A DNA stretch of 64,000 nucleotides, taken from positions 5,129-69,128 of the forward strand of contig JARGNS010000001.1 of NCBI GenBank assembly GCA_029213105.1, written 5' to 3'. The position numbers and the translations under genes were made by a program. Below, one piece after another: positions 34,201 to 40,592 of this stretch (the first letter of the stretch is position 1; each line of letters begins with the position of its first letter). The notes under the pieces are model-generated. The model did not search any database. It was not told the DNA's origin and saw nothing but the letters and a program-made list of their open reading frames with translations. The stretch comes from Planctomycetota bacterium. Lineage in GTDB: Bacteria; Planctomycetota; PLA2; JAEUHO01.

Positions 34201-36885
34201 GCCGGCGTGTCGCCCGACAAGGCGATGCCGGCCTTCCTCATGATGGGCGTCTCCGGCTACACGCACGGACTGTACCAGGACATGCGCGTGCTGGGGATGG
34301 GTCTGAACGCAGGCGACGCGAAGGCCTACATGCGCTACGTCGCCGGCAACGCCGCGGTCATGACTACGGCGGAGGTCGACCGCGCCAAGGCAGTCGCGAA
34401 GAACTACGGCCTCAACGCCCGGTTCACGGTCTCCCCCGACAGTGTCGGCGACTTCTACATCCCCGAGACTGCTCGCGATGAGTTGGCTGCTCGGATGCAG
34501 CACGGGATGCGTCAGGTGGGCGCGGAGGGTCAGGACAAGCCGCTCATGCAGTTGATGGGCGCCGTCTACGGCTACCAGTTGCAGAACCTGATCTACGGCA
34601 CGGTCGGGTCGCGACAGTCGTTCAAGCTGATGTCGACTCAGGACCTCGGCATCCAGCTGGGCATCTACGCTGGTGGCGCCGCTGGCGCGGCCGCGGCGAC
34701 CCGCGTCGGGGCTCTGACCGTGCTCAGCGCAGGCCTGCCGGGCTCGGCTGGTCTGGTGTCCATGGAGCGCGCCGCAGACATCGCCGACCTCGGCAAGCGG
34801 GTCTACGACCACGCACTGAACAAGGGCGGCCCCATCGTCGAGGCTGCCGCATTCAAGGCTTCGTTCCGAGCGTGGGCCGCAAAGAACGCAGACGAGGCTA
34901 CCGCGGCCGCGACTGAGTTCCTGTCGCGCGCGAAGCACCGGGTCGAGGTCGCCCCGATCCTCGAGAACCAGGACCACATGCTCGCCATCGGCGGCCGGGT
35001 CTATAACGCTCAGAACCTGCGCCGGGTCTTCACCCGTGCGGGCCTGTACAGCAACTCCTTCAAGGAGATGAAGTCCCTCTTCCGCGAGAACTTCTCGAAC
35101 ACTGTGGACCGCGACAGGCTGAGCGAGACGGTCGGTCTGAGCGGCGCGAACCGCCAGTTCTTGGACAGCGCCGACGAGACCGCTCAGGGCTTCTTCGCCT
35201 CCGGCGACGCGAAGCGGATGGGGCGCCGGACGGCAAGCTCTGTCTTCGAGCACGGGGTCGAGTCTGCCGATGCGTGGGCAGATCTCGAGCGGACCGGCGC
35301 CGCCGTGACGTTGATGGAGATGGGCTACGACCCCGAGGCTGCGTCTCGGGTCGTGGTCGAGGCCATCTACGACTACCGTGGCTCGATGACCGACGGAGAC
35401 CGTCACTGGCTTCGGCGCATCCTGATGCCCTTCTGGGCCTTCCGCAAGAACGCGAACACGCAGGCAGCGAATCTCGTTGCGACCCCGCGCGGCGCGTACA
35501 TGGCGACGGCGCTCATGCGGGCGACCCGCTTCGGCGCGGAGGCGGCCACCCACGCGGTCTACGAGACCATCCTCGGCCCGTACGGGGTCAACGTCACCGC
35601 GATGGAGCCCGCGACGCTCGACGCGTACTACGACACCCGCCTCTTCCTCGAGTTCGGTGAGCCGGAGCCGACCCCGGAGATCCTCGAGGCGTACCGCGCG
35701 TCGCTGCCAGATGAGGACAAGAGCATCTCGGACGAGGCGCTGCTCGAGTACGACTTCGATGGCTGGACCATCAAGGAGGGCTACGGCGGCTACAGCAAGG
35801 TGCCTGAGCACGCCAAGCGCGCTCTGCGGGGCCTGCTGGCATCCAAGTACAGCATCGACGGGGGTGGCCGCTACAAGGGTCTTCGCTCCACCATGGCGTC
35901 CTCTGAGGCCATGGCTGAGTTCGCGAAGCTCGGCGCCGAGATGTCGGTTCGCGACGAGGCGAGCCGGTCGGCCCTGCCCGGCTGGGTGCGGCTGCGTCCG
36001 ACCGTCCAGGTCCCGGTGCCGGTCTTGACCGAGGACCTCGAGGTCTCGCTCCGACGCGGCATGGGCGACAGCCTGTACTTCATGATGCCGGACAACTTCA
36101 TGATGTCCGCCATCGACCACGCATCTGCGACGTTCGCCACCATGTACCTCGGCGGCCAGATCGCGCTCGAAGGCGTGCGCGAGGTCGCAGGTGACCCTGA
36201 GGCGAACGTCACGAAGGCTGACGGCTACCGGATGCTCAACGCATTCGCCCCGATCGTCGACGTGCGCGACTACGGCAGCCCGTTCAGCAAGCTGCTCTTC
36301 TCCGCGGTCGAGTACGGCACGATGGAGCGGGCGCCGCGGGTTCGGCTGGACCCGCGCATCGCGCGTCTCATCGAGGGCAGCTCCGGCTTCGAACTGGAGC
36401 ACGAGGGCGAGCGGGTCAACAGCCCCGGCACCGCGTTCGCGTACAAGACCTTCGCCGGCGCCGCGAGCGCCGCTGGGTCGATCTTCGCAGGGGTCGAGGT
36501 CGACGAGTCCGCTCGACGCGCCTTCGCTCGCCCAGTCAAGGTCGAGGTCATCGACGGCAAGCGCACGATCGTGCCCTACGAGGGCGTCAGCTACGACGGC
36601 ACCGCCTCCGAGTTCACCGACGACAGCCGCACGGTCGGGTACACCCCGTACCTGAGCGGGATGGGCGCGCTCTACTTCGAGTACACGCCGCTCGGTCAGG
36701 TGAACAAGTTCATGCTGAAGCACCGCGACACGACGCTGGAGCAGGCCATGTCGACCGACCCCGAGCTTCGCAACGCGGTGCTCGAGCTTCTCGGTGAGTC
36801 CGCGCGGGTCTCCGGCATCGGCGTCCTGCCGGCTGATCGGGCGCGCGCAGCCAAGATGGGCAAGCCGTACATCAACCTGAAGTGA
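25225..36885 (+). CDS. Giant 3886-aa multidomain virion protein with T4-lysozyme-like (GH24) domain, HEXXH zincin-like motif and possible ART-like region. T7 gp16-like position; 'polyvalent' ejection-protein candidate.
   Basis: Single uninterrupted 11.66-kb frame with GC3-rich codon usage; GTG start at 25225 or ATG at 25231. Around aa 420-540: IQELLHKEEGFRGTVYDD..TIGYGHAIS..EDAVALFFEDVDEH, the T4-lysozyme family signature. Around aa 2470: GLHEMAHVMRRNL...EELFAEGFERYL (HEXXH). Around aa 1900-2000: LFVKWFEGSKVVDDSGRAAPMWLRGTTP. Long helical linkers. Confidence 0.7.
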   Translation: MSMPYLKTLSKRAGEPLRPSGDAEVEPVVTVAEGSDEEFFTPDYGEAEEVLPSAGATAEQPKDPTKKALFHGVFDVLDRSLKDGDARKALYTKVAADTGHEFVKGVRRLSEDEGDGGGLIEDLTLAAAAFPVTRPLAALAKSAFDPVRTNDISDYMIRGESGDEATTTRLRDAKVSDEVKAELEKSGRQALAVRGARDIVTDSVMDHLRAAYVSEADSPEAGKARFDAQMERWRALKEKSTGEKVTTREMEHEIAFMVDQRLGGAVQGEGPLMSIARSSVKDTGNLVEATLVRNMAAAQPLLSGDDETDRIDPNRILESEEGLETVLPETTAERAERLIEEVGLLAPQVIEDQIRQGNLDYTLVPNFSDMTTKAVAETGAAPTTKNSVAVTAGDAQALATPMIQELLHKEEGFRGTVYDDLNPQTNNGPITAYGDALGTPTIGYGHAISADERDRFEKYLSGGEVMSKEDAVALFFEDVDEHQTWLPKIKKPVTPEMITALTSLAFNAGPNHPDVGKVINAINEGDYQKASEALRDGVATSKGKFLQGLKDRRGREADLFLSGGLPTEPVEGEVTEVEAVDIDSDIIDLGSGDVEINKFEEMTGTQMTEVEGGFFAAMKDLDDYGLKPATGSQSWMRATKALRVIQENNPETYDKLKGFGDLPSGQGFYALERELQRDFQTEMASRRRGGEEIDPVKERAQLRARTAEVIASARTEGLWATPSLVSRNYLMGIDEVPEELGLIEAAVTPLIEIVGAVDDEVIYRQESAAMVTLNALDAAPILGQSYNLGVLENYVAPAAMEFYEDPSVAAAASLGLKTAALGSSLSVVGQVALRASGEMTEMHAAGVRGVTERSNLVEFSMDMSSRFGEWAVTSDAGEAVLTAAVKRDLVPFIPDGLTAVDERQRVLAATDVVRAGYKLAGVPIGFAAAVAHPDLLLPLSSTIGAVPDAIKAYRGLSKVEKAGEALGRTKLSEINAVGLERMAATLNTLTSLSEAAHVDEVGEVNAEALGQLLRAMDNSDASLARGDDLDAALREVSPHPMKTIDRASEEFVGTLAQNGNYGAKAAIDPQLSSTVFLVAEDVIAAAKASGDPEKVKLAEEAAAAMDRLGLGQALTLTPKTADLRVKDAVGADKAFNTRDRVLVLRRTLQLLDDVEDGRGMRERVFQGRLLAPIESIGNTKVTDIEGMPRGMTTRAAVDVLGPVSDETLEAGLKTSRMGDAAKAEVREKLKTLREWHSDFTKAIDDNTILDKDVNKALRQRFEDLGIASMTGRLFEGPSTGARYRQVVKSIRGDVSAVSGASPMRAKVAQGLAGVLTYNYSRGRAMQEFARAMVDEDALKLAGLSVDAFLDPNGGAHRLRRFAAAVQVGGRETVMNFLGGLPGGSKVSGDLSRSAVSQNSARAAATQMLADGQDEWSTATAIQNAVARKLRARHAALVEGGDEARALEVWEQAQEVAKPEWQETLVQWMHRSADEYNRARDAGETPNLDEFELPVGIDPSILRTGDAEARPTAAVKAWVDDVYDPAYGKMPPKEATDPELTPTAKQGKRTTRPALSAEDKKGVTAILDNMVRYMAGVTSDMSKRQVEAVVGSWLDDNIKNVRRVGGETQYRKQFDALRGEFETMVEDRVRELVGDGPVTDAARRTAQLDALDSILPVMTEAEAIILTGSYKDFIQDAILTARFGDEFEARRLFQGAGSAATSRTAQAVIQAAHDGREVTFQQQRGATFQVLQDIYGIAERAVAAIKNKRKKSDVHTLLTLERLEGLGLDADLDDAMDIEGFISLVAKMYLDEPDRDVWVKSVRDLVALNVSRRHPSEYNRTPGVGGRTTRPSGWGARQPDTYPARSARLDVKRLLAQTSAGRQWWRAARPTLGGVTQAADVRRSEMFSNLGTRSPLFVKWFEGSKVVDDSGRAAPMWLRGTTPTGEAAVTDGPLGRGVYGDDALTERRIFSNGEDDPAGAAYMRLENPLEVPAMTPGDGWLKYDSLDVGYELQSAVWERLMRDKHYRAASIVLDGKKVKIHVDHPEIMKALSAEAREAGHDGIIVKSSLSYHENGSPVVYFAFDKNAVKIADGNAGFDPSDARILFQAAENPYAEANRDILSGLAAEAARRREVEGLPVSKIPARKLPRDPEALPADTHRWPGEERDALDATVDAARLRADVSGLPEAAEITGTQAATKVERLIGKSRDDERQYFYDLIEWLSEKAERDAGVNIGDFRRMAPEGMTDDEVKKVYKTFMDEKVIVPSKKKGRRDVSPEEVAKAQTFIDALIYDMSEEGIIESLDVAGRVSRLDLDSLTRPETIKDAAVRDVVEKLKKYAPQELDDMVEARAPTFTAEVKKLEKELRRVEQFQKDAVKSLKDLKDKRKRTLRQGTINRYEQEKLRLRDALDRLKARRDADAEAHANLGSVAAEARARKATSDGAGGVGGPPPGAAGDAPLEGSNSNAKGMAYFLSDGSALLYAFKNADASTGLHEMAHVMRRNLRQTHLETTLDWANDFLEAEGLSPVRLNAQGNFEGEVRSVINAEELFAEGFERYLREGVAPTSALEKVFSVIRGLMAKIYSAITDEAINVEISDEMYNVFDEIFGAQRKLTLDQLPEVQRYLDFQRASEGGEMRRGGRIVEQSPVEETAVDHMRQTFRSLDDYRARFGMPYGDPKTDLTQGPGAETHRSKPLGPVSRRALSLGEVSERMGKDPSQWSAKERALAFADKAAIGVASGVQAVAFGLFFGGDAERAYRALPVAARSHLRGPMRELEEMLADLSMLTVDSSRLVGDQRERAVSNIVKFFRGASVQMQTGAQRGRRTKSAFVDSEQHLIRLFTRVFDAIDDESLKALDVDAEAVLAKIAGADRVPGHSSSGALSGLWQGYRVSRPEVSSRTSEAFAGGLVISDDTRARLQVVEGSTESVPELFDDTLGNIFKALTGQNLGKGGLVPEEAQKVAALMVFHAGGTQIRKGGEVFTAADLRAGAYGLDAIYNGSVVTKNGVTVEIPGLLKAGVSPDKAMPAFLMMGVSGYTHGLYQDMRVLGMGLNAGDAKAYMRYVAGNAAVMTTAEVDRAKAVAKNYGLNARFTVSPDSVGDFYIPETARDELAARMQHGMRQVGAEGQDKPLMQLMGAVYGYQLQNLIYGTVGSRQSFKLMSTQDLGIQLGIYAGGAAGAAAATRVGALTVLSAGLPGSAGLVSMERAADIADLGKRVYDHALNKGGPIVEAAAFKASFRAWAAKNADEATAAATEFLSRAKHRVEVAPILENQDHMLAIGGRVYNAQNLRRVFTRAGLYSNSFKEMKSLFRENFSNTVDRDRLSETVGLSGANRQFLDSADETAQGFFASGDAKRMGRRTASSVFEHGVESADAWADLERTGAAVTLMEMGYDPEAASRVVVEAIYDYRGSMTDGDRHWLRRILMPFWAFRKNANTQAANLVATPRGAYMATALMRATRFGAEAATHAVYETILGPYGVNVTAMEPATLDAYYDTRLFLEFGEPEPTPEILEAYRASLPDEDKSISDEALLEYDFDGWTIKEGYGGYSKVPEHAKRALRGLLASKYSIDGGGRYKGLRSTMASSEAMAEFAKLGAEMSVRDEASRSALPGWVRLRPTVQVPVPVLTEDLEVSLRRGMGDSLYFMMPDNFMMSAIDHASATFATMYLGGQIALEGVREVAGDPEANVTKADGYRMLNAFAPIVDVRDYGSPFSKLLFSAVEYGTMERAPRVRLDPRIARLIEGSSGFELEHEGERVNSPGTAFAYKTFAGAASAAGSIFAGVEVDESARRAFARPVKVEVIDGKRTIVPYEGVSYDGTASEFTDDSRTVGYTPYLSGMGALYFEYTPLGQVNKFMLKHRDTTLEQAMSTDPELRNAVLELLGESARVSGIGVLPADRARAAKMGKPYINLK

Positions 36886-36910
36886 TAGACTACCCGCACA
36901 GGAGACCCAC

Positions 36911-37354
36911 ATGGGCAACCACTCGAACTCTGGCTGGTCCCGGCGCGGCTACGCTGCCGACGACGACGCGAGCCTCACCACTTCCTACCTGGCTGTCGCG
37001 GTCGGGACCAACTCCGCCGTCGCGCGGTCTTCGGGCTTCCCCGACGACTGCCACATCTACGATGTGACGTTCGAGCTTTCGGCGATGCCGACCTCGAGCG
37101 GCATCCCGACGAAGCTCACGTTCTACATCGCCCGGGACTCCGGCGGCACGCAGCCGCTCACCCCTGTCTACGAGGTCGACATCGTCAAGGCGCTCGGCGC
37201 CGTGGCCGCGACCGGTGGCGCGTACCAGCGCGTCGAAGCTGAAGTCTGGTCTGACGACTACACTGGCCCCCTCGAGCGCGGGGACCTCTACGTGGTCGCG
37301 AAGGTCGATGTCGGCACTGCGACGGCCGAGACCCGGGTCAAGTGGCGCAGCTGA
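36911..37354 (+). CDS. Hypothetical virion-module protein (147 aa)
   Basis: RBS CAGGAGACCCAC-ATG. Last gene of the plus block. Confidence 0.4.
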   Translation: MGNHSNSGWSRRGYAADDDASLTTSYLAVAVGTNSAVARSSGFPDDCHIYDVTFELSAMPTSSGIPTKLTFYIARDSGGTQPLTPVYEVDIVKALGAVAATGGAYQRVEAEVWSDDYTGPLERGDLYVVAKVDVGTATAETRVKWRS

Positions 37355-37359
37355 GCGAG

Positions 37360-37445
37360 TAGGGGCGGCGGGAGTCGAACCCGCACGAGCACTAAGGCTC
37401 CAGGCGTTTTGAGCGCCCGGCGTCTACCATTCCGGCCACGCCCCC
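37360..37445 (-). tRNA. tRNA-Leu (anticodon CAA), type II with long variable arm, no encoded CCA
   Basis: Reverse complement of 37360-37445 folds by eye: acceptor stem GGGGGCG/CGCCCCT, T8, anticodon stem GGGCG/CGCCT with loop CUCAAAA (U33, anticodon C34A35A36, A37), long variable arm, T-arm GCGGG-TTCGACT-CCCGC. End coordinates approximate to a few nt. Confidence 0.55.
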
Positions 37446-37450
37446 TTCTC

Positions 37451-37552
37451 TCACACCGCAGCCGCTACGAACCCGACGACCACACACAGGATCGGGATCC
37501 CGGCGCCGGCCAAGCCCATTGAGATCCAGAAGAGGATGTCGTCCCGGGTCAT
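37451..37552 (-). CDS. 33-aa hydrophobic micro-peptide (MTRDDILFWISMGLAGAGIPILCVVVGFVAAAV), translationally coupled
   Basis: ATG overlaps the TGA of the upstream 84-aa gene (ATGA). Single predicted TM helix. Too short for the ORF track. Confidence 0.25.
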   Translation of the reverse strand: MTRDDILFWISMGLAGAGIPILCVVVGFVAAAV

Positions 37553-37803
37553 GAGTGATACTCCCTCATGAACTCATCGGGGTCGCGCCCAGCAAGCCGC
37601 GCCATCTCATCCTCGACCGAGTTCAGCTCCCACACGGTGTCACGCAGGATGTCGCGCTGCTCGGAGTCCATCTTGTGCCAGAGGTCGCCGAGCCTCTCGG
37701 TGTAGACGTCGTCCTGCTCCTCGGTCCAGTTGCCGGACACGCGGCCGTAGTGCTGCGCGGCTGACAGCGTGGTGTAGAGGTACATGAGTGCGTCACGCTT
37801 CAT
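37549..37803 (-). CDS. Hypothetical protein (84 aa)
   Basis: Clean ORF with Trp/Asp/Glu-rich composition. Confidence 0.45.
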   Translation of the reverse strand: MKRDALMYLYTTLSAAQHYGRVSGNWTEEQDDVYTERLGDLWHKMDSEQRDILRDTVWELNSVEDEMARLAGRDPDEFMREYHS

Positions 37804-37822
37804 GGCGCGTCTCCTACGTGCT

Positions 37823-38188
37823 TCAGGGCTTCTCGACTACTGAGGGGTAGAGTTTTATCTCCCGCACCTTCGCCTCCAGCGCGGCGACGAGGGCTTCGAC
37901 CTCGGTGGCTCCCTTCGGGAACCGAACCGCGTTGCCCTTGCCGTCGATGACGACCCACTCGCCAGTGAATATGCGCTCGCAGTACACGTCGGGATCACCC
38001 CACGCCTCCCTGACGAGCACAACGAGGCTCGCGGAGGTGATGGGGTCGGAGAGGTCGAGCACGCGATAGACGCCGCGATCTGGGGACCCGAGGGCGCGGT
38101 ACCGCCGCCCGGCGTGCCACCGAGGTTCGATGACACCAGCATCCTCCAAAGCGTAGAGGGCTTCACAGCATCGCTGTTCGAGGCTCAT
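37823..38188 (-). CDS. Hypothetical protein (121 aa, MSLEQRCCEALYALEDAGVIEPRWHAGRRY...)
   Basis: Real gene occupying the 3' end of a 595-aa Arg/Pro-rich spurious ORF. Its ATG overlaps the stop of the upstream 69-aa gene (ATGA). Confidence 0.45.
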   Translation of the reverse strand: MSLEQRCCEALYALEDAGVIEPRWHAGRRYRALGSPDRGVYRVLDLSDPITSASLVVLVREAWGDPDVYCERIFTGEWVVIDGKGNAVRFPKGATEVEALVAALEAKVREIKLYPSVVEKP

Positions 38189-38394
38189 GCTTCCACCTCG
38201 ACCTTCGCTCCGCGAATGCGCTCCATCACGACGACGATCTGCTCTCGGTCGACGGTGGTCGGGTTGACTGAGTACTCGAGCACCTCGTCGAGCATGGCCA
38301 GCGCGTCGCTGTAGGCGTCGAACTGCCCGTTCTTGTACGCGTTCTGCAGGTTCAGGTTCGCCACGAACTCGGGCATGTCGGTCTTCTTGGGCAT
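38185..38394 (-). CDS. Hypothetical protein (69 aa)
   Basis: ORF MPKKTDMPEFVANLNLQNAYK... with coupled downstream gene. Confidence 0.45.
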   Translation of the reverse strand: MPKKTDMPEFVANLNLQNAYKNGQFDAYSDALAMLDEVLEYSVNPTTVDREQIVVVMERIRGAKVEVEA

Positions 38395-38403
38395 GGTTGC
38401 TCC

Positions 38404-40545
38404 TCAGTTGTAGTCGGCCAGGGATGACCACGTAGCGTCCTCGTAGGACACTGTCTCTTCGATCAGGGCGACCTGAGCGACGGGCGCTTCGATGTCGACG
38501 ACCTTGGGTGCCTCCTTGCGGAGGATCTCTTCGTAGATCTCGCGACGCATGCACACGCACGGGACAGACACGCCCTCGACGGAGCAGTTGTAGGTCGGCC
38601 CACGCTGCGTGTCTCGCAGCCAGCCTCGGGCGCGCCACTGCGGCACAACCTCGTCGTAGTTGAAGCTGCGAGAGTCCAGCATCTTCCTGAGTTCGCTCTT
38701 CTCGAAGGCGATGAAGGACCAGTTCGGGTCTCCGTCCGTCCAGCGACCGACGTAGCCCCCAAAGGCGCGACCCTCCTTCTCCGCAGCCAGCGACTTGTAG
38801 AAGCGGTGGCGGTTGAGGGCGGCCCAACTGGCGGCCGAGAGGAACGCGTCGCGGGCCCGGTCGGAATCGTCGGCACCTTCGCGGATCGCCTGGATGAGGT
38901 ACTGGATTGGGTCCTCGTGCGGCGCCGGCACGCCCAGCGCCTCGCAGACTGCCTGCGCGAGGTCGATGCAGGCGACGTACGCCGCCAGACGGCCGCCGAC
39001 GGCGGTGTTCGTGATGCTGGCGTACGAGTCGCGGCGTGACTCGAAGGCCTCGCGGAAGTCGTCCCACGAGTCCTTGTGGTAGACGAGGTACTGCACGACC
39101 TTGCGGCCGAGGTGGCCGTAGTGAGCGTGCAGGCGACCGCGCACGGTGTCTGCGACCACGCGGGCGGTCTGAGGCGGCCCAGAGATGGGCGCGCCGACCA
39201 CGGCCAGCACGCGGGCTCGGGTTCCGCCGTCGTTGGTGAACGACGTGAGGCGCTGCTCGCCGGTCGACATGAGCACAGCGTTCCACGTCAGCGAGGTCTG
39301 AACACCCTGCAAGGTGCCGCGCCCCCGCCCCTTGCCGGAGCAGAAGTCGTAGAGGACGTCGGCGACGTGCTTCTTGTGCTTCACTCGCTTGGTCTCGTCG
39401 AGGATGAGCGGAAGGCTGTTGAGGAAGCCCGAGGCCCGCTCGACCCACACCTTGGTCGAGTCCCACGAGTAGATGAACCCCTCCTCGTCGTTGTCCGAGG
39501 GGTAGCCCCAGACCGAGGCGCCGACGCGGAGGCTCGTGGTCTTGCCCTTCGAGGTCTCGTTCGACCAGTCGATGGCGAAGTTCGAGCATCGGACGATCTT
39601 GTTGAGGCAAGACGCGACCGACGAGTAGATCGCGAGCATCGCGAGCGGGTGGTCACGTAGGAACTCGATGGTCTGGAGCCAACCCTCCCACGTCCCGCCG
39701 ATCTTCAGCGACCGCATGATGGGGTCCATGCCCTCGACAGGGAAGAGCTTCAACTCCTGCTGCGTGTCCGTGCGGATGTGCCCGTCAGGGAGCAGGAACG
39801 AGCCGTCACGTTGCCAACCGAGCCGCGAGGCCCCGTTGACCAGCGGGATCTTGCTCTGGTTGATGTCCTCAAACGCGGTCATCCACCGGATGACGTCCCC
39901 GATGTTGACCGAGGTCACAGGCGCCCCGAAGTCGATGAGGCTGGTGAGCTTCTTCGAGTCGAAGGCGACAGACCGCTCGACGGTGCGGGTCCGCCACGAG
40001 GGCTTGCCAGATCCCGGCGGGGGCGGCTCGACCCACGCCACCTCGATCTGCATGTGACCGGTCTCGGCGTCGCGGCCGCGCTTCATGATGATGATCGGGG
40101 CCGTGGCGATCTTGACCCGCTTCGTGTTCCCGAAATCGTCGGCCTGCATCGAGTAGACACCGCCGAGGTCGATCTCGTAGCCTCCCGGTACGAGGTAGTT
40201 CGGGATCTTGTCCGTGAGGTAGTCGGGCAGGCTGTCCTTGAACAGGCCCATGTTCGAGATCTGGTTGAGCAGGTCTTCGGCCTCGGACAGCGCCTGGCGC
40301 TGGGCCTTGCGGACCAGCTTCAGGGTGTCCTTCGCGCGACCGCTCATGCCCCGGACAGAGCCGAGTTGCATGAACAGGGTCTCGAGGCGCATGTCGTCGG
40401 TCTTGGGGACGAGCGCGAACTTCCCGAGGCGATCAGCGTCGAAGAAGTCCGCGAACAGCCCCAGCCGCTCCTTGCTCTCAGCGGTTTGGAGGGTCTGAAT
40501 GAGTTCCGCAAGCTCATCCAGAGGATTGGTCGTATCCTCAGCCAC
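38404..40545 (-). CDS. Replicative helicase-like NTPase (D5/SF3/DUF927-like, primase-associated)
   Basis: 713 aa. P-loop SNETSKGKTTSLRVGAS. Walker B LPLILDETKR. Large N-terminal domain. Confidence 0.5.
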   Translation of the reverse strand: MAEDTTNPLDELAELIQTLQTAESKERLGLFADFFDADRLGKFALVPKTDDMRLETLFMQLGSVRGMSGRAKDTLKLVRKAQRQALSEAEDLLNQISNMGLFKDSLPDYLTDKIPNYLVPGGYEIDLGGVYSMQADDFGNTKRVKIATAPIIIMKRGRDAETGHMQIEVAWVEPPPPGSGKPSWRTRTVERSVAFDSKKLTSLIDFGAPVTSVNIGDVIRWMTAFEDINQSKIPLVNGASRLGWQRDGSFLLPDGHIRTDTQQELKLFPVEGMDPIMRSLKIGGTWEGWLQTIEFLRDHPLAMLAIYSSVASCLNKIVRCSNFAIDWSNETSKGKTTSLRVGASVWGYPSDNDEEGFIYSWDSTKVWVERASGFLNSLPLILDETKRVKHKKHVADVLYDFCSGKGRGRGTLQGVQTSLTWNAVLMSTGEQRLTSFTNDGGTRARVLAVVGAPISGPPQTARVVADTVRGRLHAHYGHLGRKVVQYLVYHKDSWDDFREAFESRRDSYASITNTAVGGRLAAYVACIDLAQAVCEALGVPAPHEDPIQYLIQAIREGADDSDRARDAFLSAASWAALNRHRFYKSLAAEKEGRAFGGYVGRWTDGDPNWSFIAFEKSELRKMLDSRSFNYDEVVPQWRARGWLRDTQRGPTYNCSVEGVSVPCVCMRREIYEEILRKEAPKVVDIEAPVAQVALIEETVSYEDATWSSLADYN

Positions 40546-40592
40546 GTAGCGCTCCCTTGATTCCGTCAGTGCCTGTCATTGTAGCCTGCCGC

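Noticed and set aside
26475-36918. Very long antisense ORFs inside the giant gene (for example 27277..29631 at 784 aa, 30667..32427 at 586 aa, 32593..36918 at 1441 aa) and many overlapping plus-strand alternative-frame ORFs
   Set aside because: Arg/Ala/Gly/Pro-rich low-complexity translations, typical of the non-coding frames of high-GC DNA. All lie fully inside a sense frame that has recognisable lysozyme and HEXXH domains and GC3-biased codons.
37823-39610. 595-aa minus-strand ORF overlapping the helicase gene
   Set aside because: The N-terminal 470 aa are Arg/Pro-rich junk in an alternative frame of the helicase gene. Only the last 121 aa (37823..38188), downstream of the helicase-overlapping part, look real and were kept as a separate gene.
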